DNA from: Lachnospiraceae bacterium
GTDB taxonomy: Bacteria > Bacillota > Clostridia > Lachnospirales > Lachnospiraceae
Direction: 5' to 3'
Length of the DNA stretch: 64,000 nucleotides
NCBI GenBank assembly: GCA_045122835.1
Contig: JBGVIB010000047.1
Coordinates: forward strand, 38,036-102,035
Shown: piece by piece, positions 1 to 8,970 of the stretch
Layout: every line of letters begins with the position of its first letter
How positions within the stretch are numbered: position 1 is the first letter of the stretch
Notes under the pieces: model-generated
Databases searched by the model: none
Seen by the model: only the letters and a program-made list of their open reading frames with translations
What the model was told of the DNA's origin: nothing
Program-made: the position numbers and the translations under genes

Positions 1-759
1 GAATTTGTAGTGTTTTATCAGCCTAAAATTGATTCTGTCAGCCGCAAGATTGTGGGAGCAGAGGCGTTAATACGATGGCAGAAGCCTGATGGTACGATGT
101 TGTTTCCGGATTCCTTTATTCCGATTTTTGAACGTACTGGTACAATCGTAGAGCTTGACTATTATGTTTATGATAGTGTATGTCGTTATTTGAGAAAAAG
201 AATCGATGAGAATATGCCTGTTGTCCCTGTTTCCATGAATGTATCCAGAGTACATATGATGCAGGATAAGATTATAGACTACGTAGAGAGTCTGATGGCA
301 AAGTACCAGATAGATCCAAAGCTTCTTGAATTTGAAATTACAGAATCTTTGTATGTAGAAAATCTTGATATTGCAGTTAATCTTGTAAAGAAATTTAAAA
401 AACTGGGCGTGAAAGTGTCTATAGATGATTTTGGTTCCGGTTATTCTTCTTTGAATGTGTTGCGTAAGCTTCCGATTGATATTTTAAAGCTGGATAAGGT
501 ATTTCTTGAAGATTATTTAGATAATAGTCAGGATCAGATTATTGTTATCAGTGTAGTAGACATGGCGAAGAAGTTAAAGATAAAAGTGCTGTGTGAAGGA
601 ATTGAGACGGAAGGTCAGGCGGATTTCTTAGAGAAGTCAGGTTGTGATTTTATGCAGGGATATTATTTTTCAAAACCGGTAGCGGAAGTTAAATTTAGTG
701 ATATGTTAAATAAAGATGCAATAGATGTTGGTTTTGAGATAAAGCAAGAAAGAATGTGA
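1..759 (+). CDS. EAL-domain cyclic-di-GMP phosphodiesterase, C-terminal portion (5' end outside window)
   Basis: Frame 1 is open from base 1 (EFVVFYQPKID..). EAL-domain signatures GAEALIRW, DDFGSGYSSL, LKLDK and EGIETE are present. The TGA stop at 757-759 lies inside a terminator stem. Confidence 0.9.
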   Translation, partial: EFVVFYQPKIDSVSRKIVGAEALIRWQKPDGTMLFPDSFIPIFERTGTIVELDYYVYDSVCRYLRKRIDENMPVVPVSMNVSRVHMMQDKIIDYVESLMAKYQIDPKLLEFEITESLYVENLDIAVNLVKKFKKLGVKVSIDDFGSGYSSLNVLRKLPIDILKLDKVFLEDYLDNSQDQIIVISVVDMAKKLKIKVLCEGIETEGQADFLEKSGCDFMQGYYFSKPVAEVKFSDMLNKDAIDVGFEIKQERM

Positions 760-780
760 CTCTGTCACATTCTTTCTTGC
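744..780. terminator. Bidirectional hairpin terminator between convergent genes
   Basis: Perfect 17-bp stem GCAAGAAAGAATGTGAC / GTCACATTCTTTCTTGC with a 3-nt loop, followed by TTTAAAGTTT. Confidence 0.7.
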
Positions 781-808
781 TTTAAAGTTTAATTTCTGAC
801 AGTTACAA

Positions 809-1093
809 TTATTCTTTATTAAGGCCGGAATAAGGATTGCTTCCCAAAGACTTTTCCATTTCTTCCTGGAATTTTTGCTCTGCCTGTGCAGCAAGAAAAG
901 CATTCATATCCATGTATTCAATAAAGATATCTTCAACAGCCATGTTTTTTTCTTTGGCAATTTTCTCCATTTCAGGCTTTAATGCTTCTAATTGTACACG
1001 AATAGGAACCTTTGCAGGGTCTTTTTCCGGAAGTACAGAATCGGCGTATTTATTAATGCGGTCAACTAATTCTCGTTTCTCTTTATCAGTCAT
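809..1093 (-). CDS. Hypothetical small acidic protein (94 aa)
   Basis: Intact ORF with a GGAGG RBS about 5 nt upstream of the ATG on the minus strand. No family recognised. Confidence 0.6.
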   Translation of the reverse strand: MTDKEKRELVDRINKYADSVLPEKDPAKVPIRVQLEALKPEMEKIAKEKNMAVEDIFIEYMDMNAFLAAQAEQKFQEEMEKSLGSNPYSGLNKE

Positions 1094-1176
1094 AATTACC
1101 TCCTAAAAATGAAATCTATGTGGTATATAGTAACTCTTTTTGGTGAAATATGCAACAATATTAATATTCTAATTTA

Positions 1177-1455
1177 TTAAAGTAAATCAGAGTAATTTTT
1201 AAGGATATAAAAAATGATACCAGCTTCAATCAATGTGATACTAGGAAAACCAAAGCGAAAATACCAATGCTTGGTTTTGTGGTGGAAGAAGTGCATGCCT
1301 AATGTACCTCCTAATCCCCCGCCGATAAGTACCGACAGAAACAAAGATTTTTCCGGTATGCGCCATTTCTGATGAATGGCACGTTGTTTATCAATGCCCA
1401 TAAGAGTAAAAGAAAACAGATTGATAACAGTCAGATATAATAAAAAGATTTTCAT
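1177..1455 (-). CDS. DUF1294-family small membrane protein
   Basis: 92 aa. 'GIDKQRAIHQKWRIPEKSL' is followed by a GGGLGGTLGM hydrophobic segment, as in DUF1294. RBS is AGGAGGTAGACAATG. Confidence 0.75.
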   Translation of the reverse strand: MKIFLLYLTVINLFSFTLMGIDKQRAIHQKWRIPEKSLFLSVLIGGGLGGTLGMHFFHHKTKHWYFRFGFPSITLIEAGIIFYILKNYSDLL

Positions 1456-1748
1456 TGTCTACCTCCTATTTTTTGTATGTATTGTAATTTCTGGCATGAT
1501 AACTGCCTTGTATCTAGAACGTGTTTGCAGACGCTTATTAGCATACAACAAAAATACTTCTGATGCAACATGCTCTTAGACAACATATGTTAATACATAT
1601 TGCTGGATCAAATCAGTATTAATTTGTGCGTTTTATCGAATTATTGCAAAAAAATGAAAAATACTATTGACAAAATAACGAAAATCTATGAAAATGAAAT
1701 AGACAGCGTAAAATCGCAAATTCTTAGACAGATAAGGAAGAGGTAGAA

Positions 1749-2249
1749 ATGGCATTATTACAAGAGTGGCGTGAGGTCGCATATAATGAGAACGCAAATA
1801 AGGGTGAATTACAGAAATTTTGGCAGAAGTATTTTCTGATTGAGAAGGGAATTTATGAGAAATTATTGGCTGAACCAGATGTAGCAGTAGATGGTACTGT
1901 AAAAGAATTAGCAGAAAAATTTGGTATCGATACTTTTACTATGACAGGTTTCTTAGACGGTATTAACGATAGTTTAAAGGTGCCAAATCCAATTGAGGAA
2001 ATGGAAGAAGATACACATGTAAACCTTGCTTTCGATAAAGCCTTGTTATACAAGAACATGGTAGATGCAAGAGCAGATTGGTTGTATGAACTTCCGCAGT
2101 GGGATGCAATTTTCACAAAGGAAGAGCGTAAGAAATTATATATGGATCAGAAGTCTTCCGGTACAGTTCGCAAGGCACCAAAGGTTGGACGTAATGAGCC
2201 GTGTCCTTGTGGCTCTGGTAAGAAGTACAAGCATTGTTGTGGCAAATAA
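1749..2249 (+). CDS. SEC-C motif metal-binding domain protein
   Basis: C-terminal '[18 protein letters not shown]' is the SEC-C zinc-binding motif. RBS is AAGGAAGAGG upstream. Confidence 0.8.
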   Translation: MALLQEWREVAYNENANKGELQKFWQKYFLIEKGIYEKLLAEPDVAVDGTVKELAEKFGIDTFTMTGFLDGINDSLKVPNPIEEMEEDTHVNLAFDKALLYKNMVDARADWLYELPQWDAIFTKEERKKLYMDQKSSGTVRKAPKVGRNEPCPCGSGKKYKHCCGK

Positions 2250-2254
2250 ATAAA

Positions 2255-2286
2255 AACTCCCATATCTCGGTATGGGAGTTTTTTTA
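2255..2286 (+). terminator. Rho-independent terminator
   Basis: AACTCCCATA-tctcgg-TATGGGAGTT followed by a T-run. Confidence 0.8.
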
Positions 2287-2373
2287 GACTAGGAAACACA
2301 ACGGTTTGCTATAGGATGTAATGCTCAAAATATCCTAGTATATAGTATATAAAAGAATAGTTTTAATACAACA

Positions 2374-3639
2374 TTATGGTTTGGAAACCTTTCCGTAGAC
2401 AGGCTTTGATTTGTTATATAAAATCTGCTGGCTGCTGTACAGGCTGAAATTACCGGATAGCATATGGGTAATAGCACATACAATACCAAAGTAAAGAAGA
2501 CCATCAGTACCAAATAATTCAATACCGAGAAACATAGTAGCTAACGGCGTATTTACCACACTACAAAATACACCCAACAACCCTAATGCAGCGCAAAAGC
2601 CCGGATCTAAGCCAAGAAGAGGACCGACAGCCGCTCCAAAAGTGGAACCTACAAAAAAGGCTGGAATGATTTCTCCGCCTTTGAAGCCAGCTCCTAATGT
2701 AAGTGCTGTAAACAGTAACTTAATAAAAAATGCTTCAGGCTTTGCGTTGCCTTGAATTGCCTTTGTGATAATTGACATACCAGCTCCATTATAGTCCTGT
2801 GAGCCAATAAGCAAGGTAAGTGCAGCAATAATGCATCCGCCCACAAAAATGCGAACATAAGGGTTTTTGAAATATCTTCGATATAATTTCCCTATTTGCT
2901 GCATGGTGATACAAAATAAAATGCCCACTAAGGAAAACAGAATGGCTGCAAGCACCGTCTGGAAGGTGGTGATGATAGAATTATTTGGTGTATGCTCGAG
3001 TAGAAAATGTACAGGAACAACTCCAAATAAATCTGCTACATAGTAAGATATGATGGCAGCAATCATGCCGGGAATCATAGCACCATAATAAATAACCCCT
3101 ACGCTGGCAACCTCCATGCTGAAGATGGCAGCTGCTACCGGAGTACCAAATAATGCTGAGAACAATGCGCTCATGCCGCACATTGTGATAATACGTTTGT
3201 CAGTGTCATCTAAATTGGAAATACCTCCTAGCATATTTCCAATGCTGGCACCGATCTGAAGTGCGGCGCCCTCTCGTCCGACAGAACCGCCAAATGCATG
3301 GGAAAGGCTGGTGGCTACAAAGATAAGAGGTGCCATGCGGGCTGGCACATGAGATCTTGTCTGTACTGCTTCTAGTACGGTATTGGTTCCCCTGTCATGC
3401 TCCATACCACAAATATGGTATAGAAATACAATAAAAAGCCCTGCAAATGGAAGGAGTAGTACATGATAAAGCGTACGCATTTCTGTTACATAATCCACGG
3501 TATGATGGAATAATGTTCCTGCAAGTCCGCATACAATTCCCATGAGAAGGGAGAATGCCATCCATTTTGCAAAAGTTTTCAAATACATGATAGGAGAATG
3601 AATGTTGTTTTTTGATAATAGATCGTGCATGTCGCTCAT
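2374..3639 (-). CDS. ClC-family voltage-gated chloride channel / Cl-/H+ antiporter
   Basis: Polytopic membrane protein with the ClC signature 'GGSVGREGAALQIGA' and Gly-rich helices. Start taken at ATG 3639 (MSDMHD..) rather than the upstream ORF-track start at 3708. Confidence 0.85.
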   Translation of the reverse strand: MSDMHDLLSKNNIHSPIMYLKTFAKWMAFSLLMGIVCGLAGTLFHHTVDYVTEMRTLYHVLLLPFAGLFIVFLYHICGMEHDRGTNTVLEAVQTRSHVPARMAPLIFVATSLSHAFGGSVGREGAALQIGASIGNMLGGISNLDDTDKRIITMCGMSALFSALFGTPVAAAIFSMEVASVGVIYYGAMIPGMIAAIISYYVADLFGVVPVHFLLEHTPNNSIITTFQTVLAAILFSLVGILFCITMQQIGKLYRRYFKNPYVRIFVGGCIIAALTLLIGSQDYNGAGMSIITKAIQGNAKPEAFFIKLLFTALTLGAGFKGGEIIPAFFVGSTFGAAVGPLLGLDPGFCAALGLLGVFCSVVNTPLATMFLGIELFGTDGLLYFGIVCAITHMLSGNFSLYSSQQILYNKSKPVYGKVSKP

Positions 3640-3727
3640 AAATGAATCCAACTTTCTCTTTTTGTAATATTCAGTTATAATTATATAATACTTTAGTAAT
3701 AGTGTCAAAATAAGTTTGTAAGAGCTA

Positions 3728-3858
3728 GTTACTGTTCATACAGGACTTAACATTCATTACTAAGTTCTGAGAAAACGTAGTGCAGGCGGGTAAAAATCCA
3801 TCACCGAAGGTGATTTTCATGGATTTTTACTCGTTACTGGAACGGAGTGAACAGTAAC
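3728..3858 (+). mobile_element. Divergent short copy of the MITE-like repeat family (see copies at 19466, 27215, 42527)
   Basis: Terminal inverted repeat GTTACTGTTCA...TGAACAGTAAC. Shares the core GAAAACGTAGTG..AAAAATCCATCACCGAAGGTGATT..CATGGATTTTT with the other copies. No ORF. Confidence 0.65.
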
Positions 3859-4005
3859 AATCATTATGATAAAATTATATATTAAAGAAAAAGGGCTTGA
3901 ATATTAAAAAGGCGTTTGCTATAATGAGAGGGCTTTGAGCAAGAAACTATTTCCGTGAAAGGGGACGTTTGAACAAAAATGTTTGACCAAAAGTATGGAG
4001 GTAAT

Positions 4006-5637
4006 ATGAATATGAAAAAAAGCAAAAGATATTTAGGAATGCTTATTGTTTCAATCATGTGTATCTGCTTTGGAATGTTTTGGTGTAAAACCGATGCAGA
4101 AGCAGCGGGAAGGTATACCATACAGGTAAATAAGGGAACCAATGTAGTTACTGTATACGATAGCAATAATAAGCCGTATAAAGCATTTGTTTGTTCCACA
4201 GGCTGGGCAACACCATTAGGCACTTACCAATTAAAGGAAAGATACCGCTGGCATGAACTGGATGGACCTTGTTGGGGACAGTATTGTACTAGAATAACAG
4301 GTAATATATTATTTCATTCTGTATTTTATAATACAATTAATGATCCATCGAATTTGAGTGTAACGGCGTATAATAAGTTGGGAACTACAGCGTCTCATGG
4401 TTGTGTAAGATTGGCAGTAGCAGATGCAAAGTGGATTTATGATAATTGTTCTTTAGGAACCACAGTTAAGATTATCTATGGAACATCCAAAAATGATCCT
4501 TTAGGAAAACCAACCGCACAGAAATTAGATCCTTACACAAAATATAGATGGGATCCGACAGATCCATCACCTGATAACCCTTACAAGAAATACTCACCAA
4601 CACTTAAGATTTCTTCTAAGAAAAAGTTAAAAGTATCTTATGGTGAAAAGGTTAATTATTTAGCTGGTGTTACAGCTAAGAATTACAATGGAAATAAGTA
4701 CTCTAAAAAGGTAAAATACAACGGTACTGTAGATACAAAGACACTTGGAACCTATGATATTGAGTATTATGTGACAAGCTCAAAGGGCATCACTGTGTAT
4801 GAGACAGTAACCTATGAAGTAGTGGATACAGATGCACCTGTTATCTCCGGAGTTAAGAATAGGGTGCTTTCCTATGGTGCTAAGGTTGATCTTGATTCTG
4901 GTGTGAAAGCTACCAGTGTATTTGGTGCAAATTTAAAAAAGAGTCTTGAAATTACTGTAAAGGATCCGGATGGTAAGTCAGTTAAACTTTTAAGTGGTAA
5001 CAAGATTCTCTTAGAGAAAATTGGTGATTACGAAGTAACATATAGCGTAACGGGAACCAATAAGAAAACAAAGACTGTAACGAAGAAGGTTACATCTGAG
5101 GATAGACGAGTAGTAATTACTGCTAATGATACAATTGTAGAATATGGTGCTAAATTTAATCCGTTAAGCATTGTAAGTCTGACTACTTACAAGGGTAAAT
5201 CATTAAAGCCATCTGCTTACTTAAAAGTGTCTGGTAAGGTAAATACTTCTGTTCCAGGTGAATATATTATTACATACACTGCAAATAGCAAAGTCAGCAA
5301 ATTAAGAAGAACTATGAAACAGGTTAAAATAATTGTATTAAACCAGCAAGAACCTGTTATCAATACTTCTGTAGCAGATGTGATTGATATTCCGGTGAAT
5401 TATAATGGAAGCTCACAATATGACTGTAAGCAGGGCGTAACTGCCAAGACTGCAACAGGAGTCACTATTACTTCATATATGCAGGTAAGTGTTCAGAAGA
5501 ATGGAGAAGCGGCTACACAGGGCAACTCTATTCTGGATGTTTCTTCACCGTGCACTTATGTAGTAACTTATACAGTAACAGTACCGGTACAAGGTGGAAA
5601 AACTACTACAAAGACAGTTACAATTAATGTAAAATAA
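4006..5637 (+). CDS. Secreted L,D-transpeptidase (YkuD domain) with C-terminal Ig-like repeat domains
   Basis: Signal peptide MNMKKSKRYLGMLIVSIMCICFG..AEAA. YkuD catalytic motif 'HSVFYN..TASHGCVRL'. Then about 4 repeated about 90-aa beta-rich modules (..YGAKV/YGEKV..). GGAGG RBS before ATG 4006. Confidence 0.85.
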   Translation: MNMKKSKRYLGMLIVSIMCICFGMFWCKTDAEAAGRYTIQVNKGTNVVTVYDSNNKPYKAFVCSTGWATPLGTYQLKERYRWHELDGPCWGQYCTRITGNILFHSVFYNTINDPSNLSVTAYNKLGTTASHGCVRLAVADAKWIYDNCSLGTTVKIIYGTSKNDPLGKPTAQKLDPYTKYRWDPTDPSPDNPYKKYSPTLKISSKKKLKVSYGEKVNYLAGVTAKNYNGNKYSKKVKYNGTVDTKTLGTYDIEYYVTSSKGITVYETVTYEVVDTDAPVISGVKNRVLSYGAKVDLDSGVKATSVFGANLKKSLEITVKDPDGKSVKLLSGNKILLEKIGDYEVTYSVTGTNKKTKTVTKKVTSEDRRVVITANDTIVEYGAKFNPLSIVSLTTYKGKSLKPSAYLKVSGKVNTSVPGEYIITYTANSKVSKLRRTMKQVKIIVLNQQEPVINTSVADVIDIPVNYNGSSQYDCKQGVTAKTATGVTITSYMQVSVQKNGEAATQGNSILDVSSPCTYVVTYTVTVPVQGGKTTTKTVTINVK

Positions 5638-5650
5638 TAAAAATATAGAA

Positions 5651-5683
5651 CAGTCATCTCATAAAGAGGTGGCTGTTTTTTTT
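5651..5683 (+). terminator. Rho-independent terminator
   Basis: CAGTCATCTC-ataaa-GAGGTGGCTG (two G-U pairs) followed by T8. Confidence 0.7.
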
Positions 5684-5790
5684 CTCGGTACATGTTTGAA
5701 AATCTGTGTTATACCAAAAAGTGATTTCCTTGACAACAAACATGAAAACGCACTAAGATAATGATAGAAACATATGTGAGGAGAAGCGGC

Positions 5791-7824
5791 ATGATTTATA
5801 TAAACAGCAGATGTAAGGAAATATTACATATGCTTTTAATGGGTGAGGATTATATTCCGCTACAGCGCATTGCGGCAGAGCAGCATGTGTCCAGACGAAG
5901 CATATATTATGACTTGTGTAAAATTAACGAATGGCTGGCAATGTACCAGATTCCGGAATTAGAAGTCATAAGAGGAAAAGGTATTTTCATTCCAAAGGAA
6001 GATAAAAAAGAAATTGAAGCAGTAATCGAGAATAGTTATGAAGAAAACAAGTATATATTTTCGCCGGCGGAGCGTATGAAGATAATAATTTGTTACGTGA
6101 TTTATATGGGCGAGTCGGTATATATTGATCAGCTTTCTGAGTATTGTCAGGTAAGCCGAAATACCATTTTCAATGATTTACGCATGGTGGTAAATCAGTT
6201 GCAGAGCTATAATCTAACTTTGGAATATGAATCTAAAAAAGGATATCGCGTTGCTGGTGATGAGATACGCATTCGGGCATTGTTTTTTGCGTATTTTAGC
6301 GAACTACTTCCTCTGTACAAAAGTGGAGTGATTACATTTATTAATCGGGAAGAATTAAAGAAAAACTTACAAAAGCTGCAGATTATAGAAAAGGAATTAA
6401 ATACAAAATATGTGGAAGGTGTATTAACCTCTTTAGCAGCGTTGTTGCCATTAATGTGCAAGAATGACGGAGTGCTGTATTTTCCAGGACTTCGAAAAGA
6501 AGAAATTTTGCGGACAAAAGAGTTTGGGCTGGTGGAGAGATATTTTTCTGATTTAAATGAAATGGAAAAAATATATCTTTGCATGCATTTGCTAGGCTCC
6601 AGAGTGGCAGTTTTGACAGAACGTTTTTTTGATGACCAGGCAGACCAGTCTGTATATGAAATTGTGAAGGGATTGGTGGCTGAATTTGAACGGATTGCCT
6701 GTGTTGTGTTTGAAGAAAAAGAAGAATTAGAGAGAGGGCTTTTTACACATATCAGTACATCACTATATAGATATCAATATGGTATACAAATAGGAAATCC
6801 AATGTGTGAAGATGTGCGCAGAGAATATCGCTATCTTTTTGATATGACAAAAATTTCCTGCAAATATTTAGAGCAGATTATTGGAATTCCGGTGCCTGAC
6901 ACAGAGGTGGCTTATTTGACATTGCATTTTGGTTCCCATTTAAAAATTGCAAAGCAGGTAAACCGACAATTAAAAATATTAATTGTATGTGCCAATGGGA
7001 TGTCTACCAGTAATATGCTGAGGCGAGAAGTACAGAAATTGTTGCCTTACGCTAACGTAATGGACATTATTCCTGCAGCAGAGGCTCAAAATTTAACAGG
7101 TTTTTGTGACCTTGTAATTTCTTCTGTAAAATTAACCTGCGATGTGCCGGTGATACAGGTGCATCCGATTCTTACAGATTTTGACAGAAAGAATATTTTA
7201 AGTCATAGCCTGGTTGAACATAATCAGGAAACGAGTGAGAGTCTGGCTTTGTTTGATGTGGTGAAAAAATATGTAGACAAAAAAGATTATGCCAGTTTGA
7301 AACTGGATTTGATTAAATTTTTTCAAGGAAGTCCAGAGCCAGTGTCAGCCCCTGTTATGTTGGCTGTTAAAGGACTGTTGTATTATCTGACAAAAGACAG
7401 TATTCGAATATTGCAGGATTCTTTTACCTGGGAGGAATCTGTAAGAGAAGCTGGGAATGTGCTGCTTAAAAAAGGGAGTATTACAGAAAATTATGTAGAG
7501 CAGGTTATCAGCCAGACAAAGCAATATGGAACATATATGTTTGTTGTGCCGGGACTGTTGCTTGCCCATGGCAGACCAGAAGATGGAGCTAATCAACTGG
7601 ATGTTGCTATGACTATTTTTAAGAATCCTGTCTGTTTTCCGGACGAACAGCAGGCATCTGTAATCATTACTTTATCTGTGATTGATCAGGAAAGTCATCT
7701 GAATATATTAAAAGATATTATGGCAATATTTTCTATTCATGAAAGGGTAAATGAATTAGCTGGATTTCATTCAATAGAGGATGTGTACCATTATATAGAG
7801 CAAATCATATATGAAATACAATAA
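5791..7824 (+). CDS. PRD-domain PTS-controlled transcriptional activator (MtlR/LicR/ManR class: HTH-PRD-PRD-EIIB-like-EIIA-like)
   Basis: N-terminal HTH (IPLQRIAAEQHVSRRSIYYDL). Central PRD-like helical regions. EIIB-like 'KILIVCANGMSTSNML'. C-terminal EIIA(type 2)-like 'LLAHGRPEDG'. Start at ATG 5791 with a GAGGAG RBS. Confidence 0.85.
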   Translation: MIYINSRCKEILHMLLMGEDYIPLQRIAAEQHVSRRSIYYDLCKINEWLAMYQIPELEVIRGKGIFIPKEDKKEIEAVIENSYEENKYIFSPAERMKIIICYVIYMGESVYIDQLSEYCQVSRNTIFNDLRMVVNQLQSYNLTLEYESKKGYRVAGDEIRIRALFFAYFSELLPLYKSGVITFINREELKKNLQKLQIIEKELNTKYVEGVLTSLAALLPLMCKNDGVLYFPGLRKEEILRTKEFGLVERYFSDLNEMEKIYLCMHLLGSRVAVLTERFFDDQADQSVYEIVKGLVAEFERIACVVFEEKEELERGLFTHISTSLYRYQYGIQIGNPMCEDVRREYRYLFDMTKISCKYLEQIIGIPVPDTEVAYLTLHFGSHLKIAKQVNRQLKILIVCANGMSTSNMLRREVQKLLPYANVMDIIPAAEAQNLTGFCDLVISSVKLTCDVPVIQVHPILTDFDRKNILSHSLVEHNQETSESLALFDVVKKYVDKKDYASLKLDLIKFFQGSPEPVSAPVMLAVKGLLYYLTKDSIRILQDSFTWEESVREAGNVLLKKGSITENYVEQVISQTKQYGTYMFVVPGLLLAHGRPEDGANQLDVAMTIFKNPVCFPDEQQASVIITLSVIDQESHLNILKDIMAIFSIHERVNELAGFHSIEDVYHYIEQIIYEIQ

Positions 7825-7913
7825 ATTGCACAAACTATGAACGTTTCTTGTACTTCCATTTTAGGGTGGAAATAGTATAATAAAAACATAGATGGTGCAC
7901 AGGAAAGGACATT

Positions 7914-8375
7914 ATGTTGCTGGAAGAACTGATTCAATGCAAACATTATAAATTTATGGAGGAAGCAAAAGACTGGAGAGATGCAGTTCGTATGAGCTGT
8001 GAACCTTTAGAAGCAGATGGCAGTGTGACAGCGAAATATAAGGAGGAGATTATACGGGCAGTAGAACAGTATGGTCCTTATATTATCATAATGCCCAATG
8101 TAGCAATCCCTCATGCACAGAAATGCACAGACAGCGTAAAGAAGACAGCAGTCAGCTTCTTGAAATTAAAAAAACCTGTTTGTTTTGTGGATAGCAATCA
8201 AAACAAAAACTATGTACAGAACTTTTTTACTCTTGCTTGCTGCGACGCTGAAAAGCATATTGAGAACTTAGGGAGTTTGGTGGAGTTGCTTATGGATCAG
8301 GCGTTTGTAAAAGAGTTGGAACATCTTGCATGTGAACAGGATTTAAAGAATCTACTAAAAAAATGGGGGGGTTAA
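7914..8375 (+). CDS. PTS EIIA component, type-2 (ascorbate/mannitol-like)
   Basis: 153 aa. 'PNVAIPHAQ' phosphorylatable-His region resembles UlaC/SgaA-type EIIA. Confidence 0.8.
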   Translation: MLLEELIQCKHYKFMEEAKDWRDAVRMSCEPLEADGSVTAKYKEEIIRAVEQYGPYIIIMPNVAIPHAQKCTDSVKKTAVSFLKLKKPVCFVDSNQNKNYVQNFFTLACCDAEKHIENLGSLVELLMDQAFVKELEHLACEQDLKNLLKKWGG

Positions 8376-8376
8376 G

Positions 8377-8700
8377 TTGAAGAAAATGCATGGTAAGGAT
8401 GGCTGGCGTGTTTTAGTTTGCTGTGCAAATGGGATAGCTTCTGGTCAGATTTTAATAATGTCTTTAGAAAAGGCATTTAAGGATCTGGGGATAAAAGTGG
8501 AATGTATCAACCATTGTATGCTTTCCGAAGTGGAAGCATATGAAGCTTCCTGTAATATGATAGTATGTTCTGTGCATTTTGTGCACACATTATCCTATAT
8601 ACAGGAAAAAGGTATTCCAGTAATAGGAATACAGAATCTTATGTCGTTACAGGAAGTAGAAGAAAAAATATCAAACATATTAAAGGAGGATTTCACATGA
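8377..8700 (+). CDS. PTS EIIB component (ascorbate/galactitol-type PTS_IIB fold)
   Basis: About 105 aa. 'VLVCCANGIASGQI' active-site Cys loop. TTG 8377 (or ATG 8386) start 2 nt after the EIIA stop. Its stop overlaps the ptsH start (ATGA). Confidence 0.75.
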   Translation: MKKMHGKDGWRVLVCCANGIASGQILIMSLEKAFKDLGIKVECINHCMLSEVEAYEASCNMIVCSVHFVHTLSYIQEKGIPVIGIQNLMSLQEVEEKISNILKEDFT

Positions 8701-8954
8701 AAGCATTTAAGTACGTAATTAAGGACGAATTAGGAATTCACGCAAGACCAGCAGGTTTATTAGCAAAAGAAGCAAAGCAGTATGAGAGTACCATCACAAT
8801 TACCAAAGGTGATAAGTCAGCTTCAGCCAGCCAGCTTATGAAGCTTATGAGCTTAGGAGTAAAGCAGGGAGATGAAATTGAAATCACAGTAGATGGTGCT
8901 GATGAAGAAACAGCTTGTGCTGCAATGGAGGCTTTTTTACAGAATAATCTATAG
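8697..8954 (+). CDS. ptsH: Phosphocarrier protein HPr
   Basis: 85 aa. His15 motif 'GIHARPAG' and Ser46 region 'SASASQLMKLMSLGV'. AAAGGAGGA RBS. The ORF-track N-terminal extension from 8565 is rejected. Confidence 0.95.
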   Translation: MKAFKYVIKDELGIHARPAGLLAKEAKQYESTITITKGDKSASASQLMKLMSLGVKQGDEIEITVDGADEETACAAMEAFLQNNL

Positions 8955-8970
8955 AAAAGGGGAATGACTT

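Noticed and set aside
8565-8696. 44-codon upstream extension of the HPr ORF overlapping the EIIB gene.
   Set aside because: HPr homology begins at MKAFKYV (ATG 8697), which has a perfect AAAGGAGGA RBS. The extension lies in another frame of the EIIB coding region.
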